DNA of 64,000 nucleotides from a virus: IMG/VR virus record IMGVR_UViG_3300031455_000001, positions 91,346 to 155,345 of that record; one strand, 5' to 3'. Shown piece by piece: positions 1 to 9,503 of this stretch (position 1 is its first letter; each line of letters starts with the position of its first letter). The notes under the pieces were generated by a model. It saw only the letters and a program-made list of their open reading frames with translations, ran no database searches and was not told where the DNA came from. The position numbers and the translations under genes were made by a program.

Positions 1-122
1 GAACATGAGTATCATTTTTTGCAATTTTAACGGTGTGTGACATAATTATCAATTCCCTTCTTTTCTTATATTTTTATTATACGGTTATATTGCATTTATA
101 ACATTTTTTTAAAATATTACTT

Positions 123-410
123 TTATCCATGAACATAGTGAGCAATATTTCCGTTACTCAAAACAGTATATTTATTTTCAAATTCCAGACTATAATCAAC
201 TTCCTCATATTCTTCTTTGTTTTCATAAATTTCTATATCCCCATTTTCAATATCTATTCTTACATCTTCATGGCTTGTATAATTTGAATCCTCTACAATC
301 TCTTGAATTAATTTTTCGTTAAGTTTGCTCATTTTAATTCCTCCATTTTCTGTATCAAGATTTATTTTAACTCTTAACAATATTATAACAAGTAAATTAT
401 CTTTTGTCAA
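123..410 (-). CDS. Small acidic hypothetical early protein (true start probably the internal MSKLNEK, which has a GGAGG RBS)
   Basis: ORF track; GGAGG upstream of the internal ATG; upstream TTGACA box. Confidence 0.6.
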   Translation of the reverse strand: MTKDNLLVIILLRVKINLDTENGGIKMSKLNEKLIQEIVEDSNYTSHEDVRIDIENGDIEIYENKEEYEEVDYSLEFENKYTVLSNGNIAHYVHG

Positions 411-449
411 CAGATTATTGAAGAAAAAAGAGAAGTTTTCACCTCTCTG

Positions 450-671
450 TTAAAAGAAAATCTTGACACCTTTTTTGTTGATTGCTTCCTCAACATCATT
501 TTTTAAACTGTCAATTGCAGTTGGGTCTAATCTTTCCAATTCTTCCTTAAGGCGAGAGTCGATTGATTTAATATCCCCAATCAATTCAATTGCGTTATAG
601 ATACTGCCACTTGCATCATCTAAATGCTTCCATATTTCTTTTAAATTGTTAGCTGTTTTATATTTTGCCAT
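450..671 (-). CDS. Hypothetical protein
   Basis: ORF with AGGAGG RBS; lies in a minus-strand early cluster. Confidence 0.6.
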   Translation of the reverse strand: MAKYKTANNLKEIWKHLDDASGSIYNAIELIGDIKSIDSRLKEELERLDPTAIDSLKNDVEEAINKKGVKIFF

Positions 672-697
672 TTAAATTCCTCCTGTTTAAAAGTTCT

Positions 698-940
698 TTA
701 AAATATTTCAGTAACTCTATAAGCGATGATTTCACCTTCATTATCATATTGAGGAGTCAATGCGTAGGAATCTTGTTTGTCGATGTGATTATTAATATCT
801 TCTTTATCAACTTTCCAACAATCATTATACTTCTCACCATTCCAACCATTCAAAACATAATGTGAGCCTCTAACTTCAACAACTTCCATTAAATTTGTTG
901 AAAACTGATTAATATAACCTACTGTTTTCACTCCTATCAC
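698..940 (-). CDS. Hypothetical protein
   Basis: ORF with RBS and its own TTGACA/TATAAT promoter at ~965-993. Confidence 0.6.
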   Translation of the reverse strand: MIGVKTVGYINQFSTNLMEVVEVRGSHYVLNGWNGEKYNDCWKVDKEDINNHIDKQDSYALTPQYDNEGEIIAYRVTEIF

Positions 941-1009
941 CCTCCTATTTGTTTTACTAATATCATTATATCACACCTAATTTCTTTTGTCAAGAGATAT
1001 TGAAATGTT

Positions 1010-1204
1010 TTACTCCATATTCACCAATGTGACAGCATCACTATTGTAACAAGCTAAAAATCCATCTTTAGTGAATACCGTAACAGTTGATTCACCTTTT
1101 TTGTTTCCACACTCATCATAATAAATCTTATGACTAATATCTATAACATCATGCAGTTTGCCATTAACTCTTGCTTTTATGTTGTGCAATTTCATCACCT
1201 TCAT
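1010..1204 (-). CDS. Hypothetical protein
   Basis: ORF with AAGGAG RBS. Confidence 0.55.
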   Translation of the reverse strand: MKVMKLHNIKARVNGKLHDVIDISHKIYYDECGNKKGESTVTVFTKDGFLACYNSDAVTLVNME

Positions 1205-1289
1205 ATGCCCTCACTCCTTGTTTTGTTTTGGGTTATGGTTTATGATATGCATTATCTTTTGTCAAAAGAACAATAATTAAAAATAAATT

Positions 1290-1748
1290 TCATCCCTCAT
1301 ACAGCTTCTCCAGTCTATACTTGTACTCTTCAAGATCTTCATTTCTTTGCTTCAATGCTTTCTCTTGAATTGAAATATCCTCATTGATCTTCTTAATATG
1401 GTTTTTGATATTGTTGATTTCAATCATCTTAACCATATCTTCAATTGTATTCTCTTCAATATTTATATTCTGCAATGTAGGTTTGATGATTATATTTTCA
1501 ACTTTTCCGATTCTTTTATAAAGATACCTCTTGTCTTCTTTTAAAGAAACATCTAATTTAAACAGTGTTATCGTCTTATTCTTCTTTAGTGAAATACTCC
1601 AAATGTGGTAATACAATCCCAAACCGCCAAGCTTTTCATCGATAATATCTTTAAAATCATTATGACTTTCTGAAACATCAATTCTTTTATTTAAGAACTT
1701 TTTGCTCAAAGCACTGTTAGCGTCATTTATTGCCTCTATAAGCCTCAT
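1290..1748 (-). CDS. Hypothetical protein with C-terminal coiled coil
   Basis: 152-aa ORF adjacent to the upstream gene; heptad-like C-terminus. Confidence 0.65.
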   Translation of the reverse strand: MRLIEAINDANSALSKKFLNKRIDVSESHNDFKDIIDEKLGGLGLYYHIWSISLKKNKTITLFKLDVSLKEDKRYLYKRIGKVENIIIKPTLQNINIEENTIEDMVKMIEINNIKNHIKKINEDISIQEKALKQRNEDLEEYKYRLEKLYEG

Positions 1749-1751
1749 TGT

Positions 1752-1967
1752 TCACTCCCCATTCTTTATATCAGAATAAGCTTTATAAGCCGCTAGAAAC
1801 TCTTGTGTGCTAATTCCCAACGTCTCTGCTGACAACTGAACTCCTAGAGCTTGTTGATATGTCTGATTGGATAGTTCACCGCATCCCATCTCTTTACATG
1901 CTCTAGCTGATTGCAGTTGTTTATAGAAGAATCTCACCAGATTGCTCAACATTTCTTCTTTGCTCAT
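1752..1967 (-). CDS. Hypothetical protein
   Basis: GAGGTG RBS; TGGACA-17-TATATT promoter upstream. Confidence 0.6.
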   Translation of the reverse strand: MSKEEMLSNLVRFFYKQLQSARACKEMGCGELSNQTYQQALGVQLSAETLGISTQEFLAAYKAYSDIKNGE

Positions 1968-2090
1968 ATGCGTTCACCTCTTTGATCTGCTTTATATCTA
2001 CAATATACCATAAAAATTTGTACTTGTCCACTCATAAATGTTAGAAATAAGCGATAAAAAGGTTATATGATAGATTAATTTAAAAATATA

Positions 2091-2119
2091 TTGTCAATCC
2101 ATGTAGTTATGTGTAGAAT
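2091..2119 (+). promoter_or_regulatory. Sigma-A-type promoter driving a non-coding region
   Basis: TTGTCA-17bp-TAGAAT. Confidence 0.6.
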
Positions 2120-2125
2120 GAAAGA

Positions 2126-2910
2126 CAAATAAAAAAATAAATAAAAAAAAACGAAAGGATTCGCACTCCTTTCGCTCACCACCAAAAGTGGATGTGATTC
2201 GCACTCACGCAAATCCACAAAAAAACACCACAAAAACCAAAATCAAAACCAAATATATGACTTTATTATAAATGCTTATATAAGAAATTGCAACACTAAA
2301 ATTAGCATTTACATAATTTTCATGGTGGTGAGTGAAACAGGCGAATCCTTTCCTATACGGAAGGGATATTTGTGTTTCTTCCACATGGAATTGCCTGTAC
2401 ACCATGTAAAAAACTGTTTGATTTGGAAGAAATCGTGCATAATGTCCTTAGTAGGCGTTTAAAATATCTTCCACCCGCCTGATTATTCCTATTCATATGA
2501 GGGCGGTGGTGGTCGCTACCATTAAAGGCGAGGGCGGTAGACGTTGTGATCAAGGTCACAGGTCGTCTTATCTGTTATCATTCTAGGGGCGTTTTTAGAA
2601 TGGGATAAGGCTCAACGGAAGTTGAAAAGTCGAATAGGTTTATACATACGGATACCTGTTAATGCTCCCGATTTTCAGATGAGGAACAGTATAAAGATTT
2701 TGACTCTATGTTGACATCATTTTACATTTAATTGTATTTTGTTGCCAACATAGGGTCAAAATCTTTTTTCCAGCCGTTTCCAGTTCGCAACCCATTTTCA
2801 GAAGGGGTAAACCTAAAAGTCAAGAGCATAAAGAACTAAATAAACAATTTTTATGCTAAATAAGAGCATTGTAGGTTTGGATAACCACTATAAATATATA
2901 GTGGTATATA
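2126..2910 (+). ncRNA. Candidate large structured ncRNA (~780 nt), family unknown
   Basis: Many nested inverted repeats (e.g. 2154-2184/2323-2352, 2693-2713/2746-2766) whose imperfections are mostly G-U pairs on the + strand; promoter upstream; no credible ORF. Confidence 0.6.
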
Positions 2911-2960
2911 TAGAGAGTATAGGAAATGTAGAAATTTAAAGAGAAATTGACTCTGATATA

Positions 2961-2989
2961 AGTATACCATAATATTTTGCATTTGTAAA
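2961..2989 (-). promoter_or_regulatory. Sigma-A promoter convergent with the 2126-2910 RNA
   Basis: TTTACA-17-TATACT with extended TG on the minus strand. Confidence 0.6.
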
Positions 2990-2993
2990 TAAG

Positions 2994-3185
2994 TTAAAGG
3001 ATGAATTTGTTATTATTAAAGATCCCTAAACCATACTGTAATTCAATAGCATAAACAATATAATTTTCGATATTCTTTCCTTTGCCTGTTTCATTGGCTA
3101 ACTGTACAATTTCTTTAGCTTTTAATTTTGGAATCCCAAAGCTGGATATTTTCTTTATGTATTTACGTTCCATGATTTCACTCAT
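2994..3185 (-). CDS. Hypothetical protein
   Basis: ORF with AAGGGG RBS. Confidence 0.55.
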   Translation of the reverse strand: MSEIMERKYIKKISSFGIPKLKAKEIVQLANETGKGKNIENYIVYAIELQYGLGIFNNNKFIL

Positions 3186-3352
3186 ACAAGCAACCCCTTT
3201 TGATTTTCATATCTGATTAATATAGCTATTATATAATTATTATACCCACTTGTAAGATTTTTTAAACAACAAAAAAAGGACTTACGCCCTTTAAATTTTT
3301 GAAGTCCAATATAGGGGTATTGCAGATATATTTTTTGAGTTTGTTTATAATG

Positions 3353-3790
3353 TTGATCCAGTTTTGAGTCAATTTTATATAAGGGATATGAAGGGTAGAT
3401 TTTAGAACGCTACATGAATATTGATCCACTTTTGAGTCAATTCTATAATAAGCATTAGAAAATGATGATTGGATAATAAATTGATAAGTGAGAGGGATAT
3501 TGAATAGATATTGATCTAGTTTTCAGTCATAAGGATAGAAGAAATGTGGCATGAGAGAATAAAGATGAAATTTGTTTACATAATTAAATTATTTTGCTTT
3601 TCACAGTCTGTTTAAATATTGATTCACATTTCTATCATGGTGATTAAAGTTGATTAAGATGTAATCGTTGTTATTGTGATTTTGTTTTTAATGTTGATTG
3701 GTGAATAGCTATAAAGAGATAGGATCAATTTGATTAGAGATAATTCAGACAATACCTAAAAACTGATCCAGTTTTCTGTCATGGTGATTG
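3353..3790 (+). repeat. Five dispersed direct repeats, consensus TTGATCCAGTTTTnnGTCA
   Basis: Copies at ~3353, 3421, 3511, 3619 (degenerate) and 3763. Confidence 0.7.
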
Positions 3791-4111
3791 TAAGATGGTT
3801 AGATGTTTAATTGACTTAAAAAGCAAAACAACATATATAATTTCATATAATGATCTACTTTCTTATGGCTGTGATCGTTCAGCAATCGTCCTACAGTAGG
3901 TTTTGTTAACACTTTAAACTTCTTGCTTAGGAACATTGCGTAAAGTCTCCTTCGCCTCTCTACACTTGTTAAAATAGCAGGTGTATCTAATGAAAGAAGC
4001 TCTGTCTTATGGATCGTAATAAAAGTCAAAAATGAGAGGATGGAACACCTGTCTGATTTTCTGATCTTAATAATTTTAGTAATTTCTTATTTTCCCGTAA
4101 TCGTTATTGAG

Positions 4112-4540
4112 CTAGTTTAAATTCCCATAAATCACACCTTCTCTAATCATATTAATCCAATCCTGATCTAACTTCTGTGCTTTTAGGTTTTTGAATGTGT
4201 CCAACCCTAAAACAAGATTAAATTTTTGATGCAATAGACTAGTTGTGAATTTTGACTCCAGAGCCACCTTAACACATTTTGCACTACGTTCCGACCTAAA
4301 TAAAAGCTCTCCTTCCGTAATGATAGAGTAAAATCTTGATGTTAATTCTGAAAGAGTAACATGACATCCGTGTTCTGCAAAAAAACTGTTAATCTCAAGA
4401 TGGTTGGTGATAAATCCATTTTCAAAGTGGTTGCTGAGCATTTTTATCTGCCATAAATCACCGTATTCCTCTTTATGAATCTTCACAAGATCTATAGCCA
4501 AGCATGTTCTATTCGATTTTGTCATATTAAACAACTCCAT
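4112..4540 (-). CDS. Hypothetical protein
   Basis: 142-aa ORF with an upstream TTGACA promoter. Confidence 0.55.
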   Translation of the reverse strand: MELFNMTKSNRTCLAIDLVKIHKEEYGDLWQIKMLSNHFENGFITNHLEINSFFAEHGCHVTLSELTSRFYSIITEGELLFRSERSAKCVKVALESKFTTSLLHQKFNLVLGLDTFKNLKAQKLDQDWINMIREGVIYGNLN

Positions 4541-4693
4541 TCTTTTCTAATTGACTTAATATTACCATTATTTATTGCTTTTGTCAACAAGTTTTCTTGA
4601 TTTTTAAATTAATGATCTCTTCTTATTATATGTAGGATTTAATTTTTGTTTTCGGCTATGCTTATATAAAATACATGCTATAGCCATATATCA

Positions 4694-4896
4694 TTAGCAA
4701 TAATTTAGAGTTTCTGTTAAGTACCTTATACTTATTATATACTTATTTAGCAATAAAAATAGGTTTGTGTTAAGGTATATACCTTATACTTAATTAGCAA
4801 TAATTCATGATGTCTGTTAAGGTATATAAAATAAAATAAAGGCTATAATATAGCCACTATACATATCATTAGCAATAATTCAGAGGTTCTGTTAAG
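4694..4896. repeat. Four 28-bp quasi-palindromic repeats TTAGCAATAA-N11-TGTTAAG
   Basis: Copies start at 4694, 4747, 4794 and 4869, followed by a very AT-rich tract. Confidence 0.8.
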
Positions 4897-5485
4897 AAGG
4901 TAGTATGGATAATATTATGATTAATTATTTATAATGAAAATGAAATGTTTATCAGGTAAATTGTTTGGAAATTTCACACAACAATAAATTATTTTAATAT
5001 AATAAAATAATGGAATAAAAAGTAAATCAAGATTTGTTTATGTGTTTGAGTTTATATAAATATTTAATTATTCTTGTGACATATAGAAGAAATAGTGCAT
5101 ATTTGACAAATGAAACAAATAATGATTTAAGTTTTAATATCTAAACAATACCTAGACAAGGGAAAACGTAAAAACCGCTCATAACGCAAATATGAGCCAT
5201 TTAGAGCCATGCAATAATTTGCGTACAATAATCATGATTATTATTGAAAAAAGTATTGACAAATGACTTTAAATAGTGTATTTATTGGCTTGCCAGTGTG
5301 GTTTTGAGATTTTTTTAACCATATAATAGAAGAAACACGACAATAAAAAATAATCGTATTTTTTAAAAATAAGTGTTGTAATTACAATAGATGAGCGTAT
5401 AATAAGGAGTAAGAAGCGGTTGAGGTAAACCAACACACGGCTTGGCAGGCGGAAAAAAACTTTTTAAAAATATTAACAAAGTCTG

Positions 5486-5515
5486 TTGACAAAAGATTCT
5501 TATGAATGCTATAAT
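5486..5515 (+). promoter_or_regulatory. Strong sigma-A promoter of the rightward early operon
   Basis: TTGACA-18-TATAAT with extended TG. Confidence 0.7.
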
Positions 5516-5545
5516 AAGTTATAAGCTAAAAAGAAACAAAACACA

Positions 5546-5559
5546 CGAACATCTGTTCT
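5546..5559. promoter_or_regulatory. LexA/DinR SOS (Cheo) box
   Basis: CGAACATCTGTTCT matches GAAC-N4-GTTC just downstream of the promoter. Confidence 0.6.
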
Positions 5560-5853
5560 ATGAAAACAGAATAGCTTTTGGATGGTATCACCTTTAAACG
5601 GACTTCATTTCCTTGGTATACGGAAAACGACTTGCTAAGTCGTCAAACGTGCCTAACATGCTCATACGGAGCGATGAACGAGTTTGGAGGGTAAATAATC
5701 CTTTATGATGCTGATGAACGTGAAACTCTTTTGTGAGAGAAAACACTTCATTATAAATGCAAAAAATAACGGTTTAAATTTTTTATTTCATTCAGGGATA
5801 GAAGTTTTTACTCTTCATTCCTTGAAATGAGGTAAAAAAATAAAATGTTTCAT

Positions 5854-5869
5854 TGTTCCACGTGAAACA
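5854..5869. other. parS site (Spo0J/ParB type)
   Basis: TGTTCCACGTGAAACA, exact match to the Bacillus parS consensus. Confidence 0.9.
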
Positions 5870-5888
5870 TTTAAAAGGAGAATGACAA

Positions 5889-6047
5889 ATGAATAAAGTC
5901 ACCTTGATTTACCGTAATAATGGAGAATTAGAAATGAAAAGTAAAACGTTTAAAAATCAAGCTGAATTAACAAAATTTCGAGATACTTACAAACATTCAA
6001 TCATTGCTTATCATCTTCTTGAAAATGGGAATGTGTACAATGCGTAA
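5889..6047 (+). CDS. Small hypothetical protein (52 aa, not in the ORF track)
   Basis: AAGGAG RBS, ATG at 5889, MNKVTLIYRNNGEL... to TAA. Confidence 0.55.
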   Translation: MNKVTLIYRNNGELEMKSKTFKNQAELTKFRDTYKHSIIAYHLLENGNVYNA

Positions 6048-6048
6048 A

Positions 6049-6210
6049 ATGGGAAAGATGTTTACTTATAAAGGCTTTACTATTCGTTTAGAAGATGAAT
6101 TTTACATTATCTATACTAATGATGAATGGAAACTTGGAGAAGGTTTCCGATATTCAGAACATGAAGCTGGTAGCATTAAGGAAGCAAAAGAATTTATTGA
6201 TTTTTATTAA
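6049..6210 (+). CDS. Small hypothetical protein
   Basis: 3' part of ORF 6004-6210; start chosen just after the upstream stop. Confidence 0.5.
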   Translation: MGKMFTYKGFTIRLEDEFYIIYTNDEWKLGEGFRYSEHEAGSIKEAKEFIDFY

Positions 6211-6212
6211 AT

Positions 6213-6228
6213 TGTTTCACGTGAAACA
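6213..6228. other. parS site
   Basis: TGTTTCACGTGAAACA, perfect palindrome. Confidence 0.9.
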
Positions 6229-6253
6229 AATAAAAATAAAAGGATGATGAAAA

Positions 6254-6520
6254 ATGAAAAAATTAACTAAAACACAAGTAAGAAAAGAGTTTAGAAAATC
6301 ACTTAATAAAACAGTATTATTGTTTACGTCTAATTGTTCACCGTCTAATACAACATGGTTTAAAGGCTTAGAATATAAAGGTGTAGAATATAATCCTTCT
6401 AACTATTCAATAACTTACAAGGAATTAGACGCTCACTTTGATAAATTTATAAATGAATTTGCATATTATAATTGCAACAGTGAACTAGGAAATAGAGTGC
6501 ATTACTACATGGAACTTTAA
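6254..6520 (+). CDS. Hypothetical protein
   Basis: ORF with AAGGA RBS. Confidence 0.6.
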   Translation: MKKLTKTQVRKEFRKSLNKTVLLFTSNCSPSNTTWFKGLEYKGVEYNPSNYSITYKELDAHFDKFINEFAYYNCNSELGNRVHYYMEL

Positions 6521-6619
6521 TTCATGAATTGAAAAAGAATAAATTTTATAAATGATGTAAAACCTTGTTTTAGCTTAACAAGGTTTTAATTGATTTATAA
6601 AATTTGAGGAGGTTTTAAT

Positions 6620-6994
6620 ATGAATGAAAATGTAAAGAAATTTATTTCAATTGCTGGTTTGTCAGTTCTTTTGGTTGCTTGTAGCGGTGAAGAAATTGAA
6701 AGTGTTGCGGTACAGGTTGCAAATTCAAATACACAAAATGTCGCAGAAACAGTTACACTGGATAATGTTCCACGTGAAACATTTACGCAAAACATTGAAA
6801 TTGAATTGATTGAAGAAAATGAAGAAGGATTTATTTTTCTTGATCACGGTGCGGAATTTGAACCAAGAATATTTGTTGATCATGTCGCTGTTGAAAATTG
6901 TGACTTGGTTATCGGTGAAAAGTATATCGGTGTTTTTGATTCAGACGGATGGGAAATGTACGGTTTAGAAGGTTGTGGGCAATGGACGTATTAA
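6620..6994 (+). CDS. Lipoprotein
   Basis: Basic N-terminus, hydrophobic stretch and LVAC lipobox; GGAGG RBS. Confidence 0.7.
   Translation: MNENVKKFISIAGLSVLLVACSGEEIESVAVQVANSNTQNVAETVTLDNVPRETFTQNIEIELIEENEEGFIFLDHGAEFEPRIFVDHVAVENCDLVIGEKYIGVFDSDGWEMYGLEGCGQWTY
6766..6781. other. parS site inside the lipoprotein gene
   Basis: TGTTCCACGTGAAACA. Confidence 0.85.
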
Positions 6995-7088
6995 AGGAGT
7001 GTTTTGAGAAATATTCCTTTGTTTTATTTTTTATCGTCATGACGGTTATGATGCTGATTTTTCTAACATTTTAAAGGAGGTAGGAAAA

Positions 7089-7310
7089 ATGAAAACATTA
7101 TCAGAAGAAATGACAGTCGATGAATTGCTCAAAAATTCTTTAATTGACATGTATCTAGATAAAAAAGATTTTTCAATGGTTAAAAAAATCACTAATGATG
7201 ATTATAAAATTGTGATTGATGAAAAAGAAAAAGTAAAACACTATGTTGTTAGATTTATCAGAATGGCTGAAAAAACAGATGTTGCAAGAATGTATATCAA
7301 TGGAAATTAA
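7089..7310 (+). CDS. Hypothetical protein
   Basis: AAGGAGG RBS. Confidence 0.6.
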   Translation: MKTLSEEMTVDELLKNSLIDMYLDKKDFSMVKKITNDDYKIVIDEKEKVKHYVVRFIRMAEKTDVARMYINGN

Positions 7311-7342
7311 CGGCAAACTTTATTTCATATAAAAAATAAGGG

Positions 7343-9016
7343 GTGAGAAAATTGGGCGGTTTGGGCATGTTGAATGCGGTCGATTTAGAGGTAAGAAAAG
7401 ATCTTCATGAACTAGGATTGGAAAATGTTATATTTGCAAAAATCGATGGCTTTGAGGGTATTTATCAGGTGGATTTCCCAAAAAATACTTATGATTATTT
7501 TATAGGCATGAATGGCGGAATTGTGATGTTTAATCAAAGAGTAAATGCTTTTCACATAGAAAAAATTATTCCACGTGATTTATACCTGAAAAGAAATGCC
7601 ATAAAAGCAAAAAATAACGACATAAAAAACACAAAAGGGGAGAATGAAGAAATGACTTATTCTATCGAAAAAACGCTAAAAAATGGAGTTAATAAATATT
7701 CGTTAAACATTGACAACGATTTCAATGAGGCTCAAAGTATGCTGGATCACAATGAAACGACATCTGATATTGACGCATATTCAGCTTACAATGAGCGCGT
7801 TGACAATGATTTTGTCGGAACTTATAGCGTTAAAGTAGATAGAAAAAGTGATTACGATAGATTTATTAGAATGTTAGATGGTGATGTTTACAGAAAAAAA
7901 CAGGAACATAGAAAAGATGTTGATGTCGAAGGATTTGAGGAGAGACGTAAAAAGATTTATGCTGAATACGAATCCTTGGATGCTGACGGAAGATTTGAGA
8001 AAAGAAAATTTTATCAAGAAGAATTAAATAAAATATCAGTAGAAGAAGACAAGGCACGTGATGCGTCTTGGTGTGAGTGTGACGCATGTAATTTTCGCCG
8101 TCCAAGGTATGAAGAATGGAAAACGGGAAAATATTACAAGACTGAAAAATCAGTCATTAAATTGGGTAAATTGTTAGGGAAAAATAAATACGGGCAGGAA
8201 ATTGTGGATTTTTATTCCACGCAAGTGAAAACAGAAAGAGAGGTCTTTTTAACTATCAGTGATAGAGTTCAGCATATCGCTGGAATGTCTTTTTACAGTC
8301 CTATGGATTGGGACGGAATGAACGGAAGTTCATGCCAAGACCCTAAAAATGGTGGAGAATATTGTTTAACTCTTGGCGGTGCTTTACATGATGATAAGTT
8401 GTTTACTGCTATGCTTCATTATAGCCATGATGACATAGAGGACATGGAGGAAAAGTTAAGAGCTAGAGTGCTAATGCGCTATATGACGATTGACGGTGAG
8501 GCGTGTCTGTTGCCTACGGTTTATTATGGTAATAATGAGACAAAGAGCCTATTACATTGTGCAATGGAACAGCTACATGAGATGGATATATATGATAAGA
8601 GCATACTAGATGGTCGTGATAGAGTGTGTGAAGATGCTAATGGAGGTTTTGAAATGATGGTAACTGATGAGATATACATTGAAAGAGAATATGAAGAAGA
8701 GAGAACTGTTGATTGTCCTGCATGTGATGGTAGTGGGAAAATGGAGGTTTATAGCGATAAGTGGGACAGATATGTGAATGTTGATTGTCCTGCATGTGAT
8801 GGTAGTGGAGAGGTTGAGACAACCGTTATGGTTTACATTGATGAGTATGTAACGGTCGAAGATGAAATGAGTGTCAAGCCTTATGTTGAGGCGTATACTC
8901 ATAGTGGACATAGTGTGACTATGTACATTGATAAGGATAAGCTGGATGATATTAGAGGAGATCATGGTAATGATGTTGATGTTGTGAGTGTGGATGGTGT
9001 GAGTGTGAGTGCGTAA
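7343..9016 (+). CDS. Large hypothetical protein with DnaJ-type zinc-finger repeats (possible internal start near 7651)
   Basis: Two VDCPACDGSG repeats (CxxCxGxG) and a CxCxxC motif; strong RBS GGGGAG near 7637. Confidence 0.7.
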   Translation: MRKLGGLGMLNAVDLEVRKDLHELGLENVIFAKIDGFEGIYQVDFPKNTYDYFIGMNGGIVMFNQRVNAFHIEKIIPRDLYLKRNAIKAKNNDIKNTKGENEEMTYSIEKTLKNGVNKYSLNIDNDFNEAQSMLDHNETTSDIDAYSAYNERVDNDFVGTYSVKVDRKSDYDRFIRMLDGDVYRKKQEHRKDVDVEGFEERRKKIYAEYESLDADGRFEKRKFYQEELNKISVEEDKARDASWCECDACNFRRPRYEEWKTGKYYKTEKSVIKLGKLLGKNKYGQEIVDFYSTQVKTEREVFLTISDRVQHIAGMSFYSPMDWDGMNGSSCQDPKNGGEYCLTLGGALHDDKLFTAMLHYSHDDIEDMEEKLRARVLMRYMTIDGEACLLPTVYYGNNETKSLLHCAMEQLHEMDIYDKSILDGRDRVCEDANGGFEMMVTDEIYIEREYEEERTVDCPACDGSGKMEVYSDKWDRYVNVDCPACDGSGEVETTVMVYIDEYVTVEDEMSVKPYVEAYTHSGHSVTMYIDKDKLDDIRGDHGNDVDVVSVDGVSVSA

Positions 9017-9059
9017 GGTTGTGTGTTGTGTGTGAGTGAGTAAGACTAAAGGTGTGGTT

Positions 9060-9094
9060 AAAAGGGTGTGCCTTAATTGGTACACCCTTTTTTT
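9060..9094 (+). terminator. Intrinsic terminator
   Basis: AAAGGGTGTGCC/GGTACACCCTTT hairpin followed by a T run. Confidence 0.75.
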
Positions 9095-9491
9095 GTGTAC
9101 TTTTTTAGTGATATAGGATGGTGTTAAATGAAGAATGTTTAAGAAAAGAAAGAAATAAAATGAAGAAAAAAGAAAGAAAAAAGAAAGAAATGATAAAGGC
9201 TGTTGGTTGGTGATTGGGTGATGATAGGGTGAGAATAGAGATAAATATATGTTGTTTTGGTGTGATAGATTGTGTAATTATTGAGTGATGATTGTGTGTG
9301 GATTTGTATGGAGTATACATAAATATTGTATAAAGGTTGTATTGGCTTGTGTGTTGGGTGAGTGGTTTTTGTGTGAGGTTTGTACAATGTTTGTGTAAGG
9401 TTTGTATGAGATAGAGTGGAGAATGGTGATGTTGAGTTGACTTAACATGAGGGGAGTAAACTTGACATTATCCAGCCTGTTAAGTTAATAG

Positions 9492-9503
9492 GAACGTTTG
9501 TTC
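9492..9503. promoter_or_regulatory. Possible SOS box
   Basis: GAACGTTTGTTC. Confidence 0.4.

Noticed and set aside
2205-2559. Minus-strand ORFs of 66 and 68 aa
   Set aside because: No RBS, atypical composition, and they overlap a heavily base-paired region
2126-2910. Retron msr-msd or group II intron
   Set aside because: No reverse transcriptase in the window and no domain V or GTGCG boundary recognised
3571-3600. dif site
   Set aside because: A XerD-like arm TTATGTAAAC is present on the minus strand, but the spacing and XerC arm do not fit
3353-4896. CRISPR array
   Set aside because: Repeats are degenerate with irregular spacing; no cas genes in the window
5711-5745. Hammerhead ribozyme (CTGATGA...GAAA)
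   Set aside because: Only 4 nt between the motifs, so no stem II, and no convincing stems I or III
8606-9387. Minus-strand His/Thr-rich ORFs
   Set aside because: Artefacts of the GT-rich low-complexity strand skew
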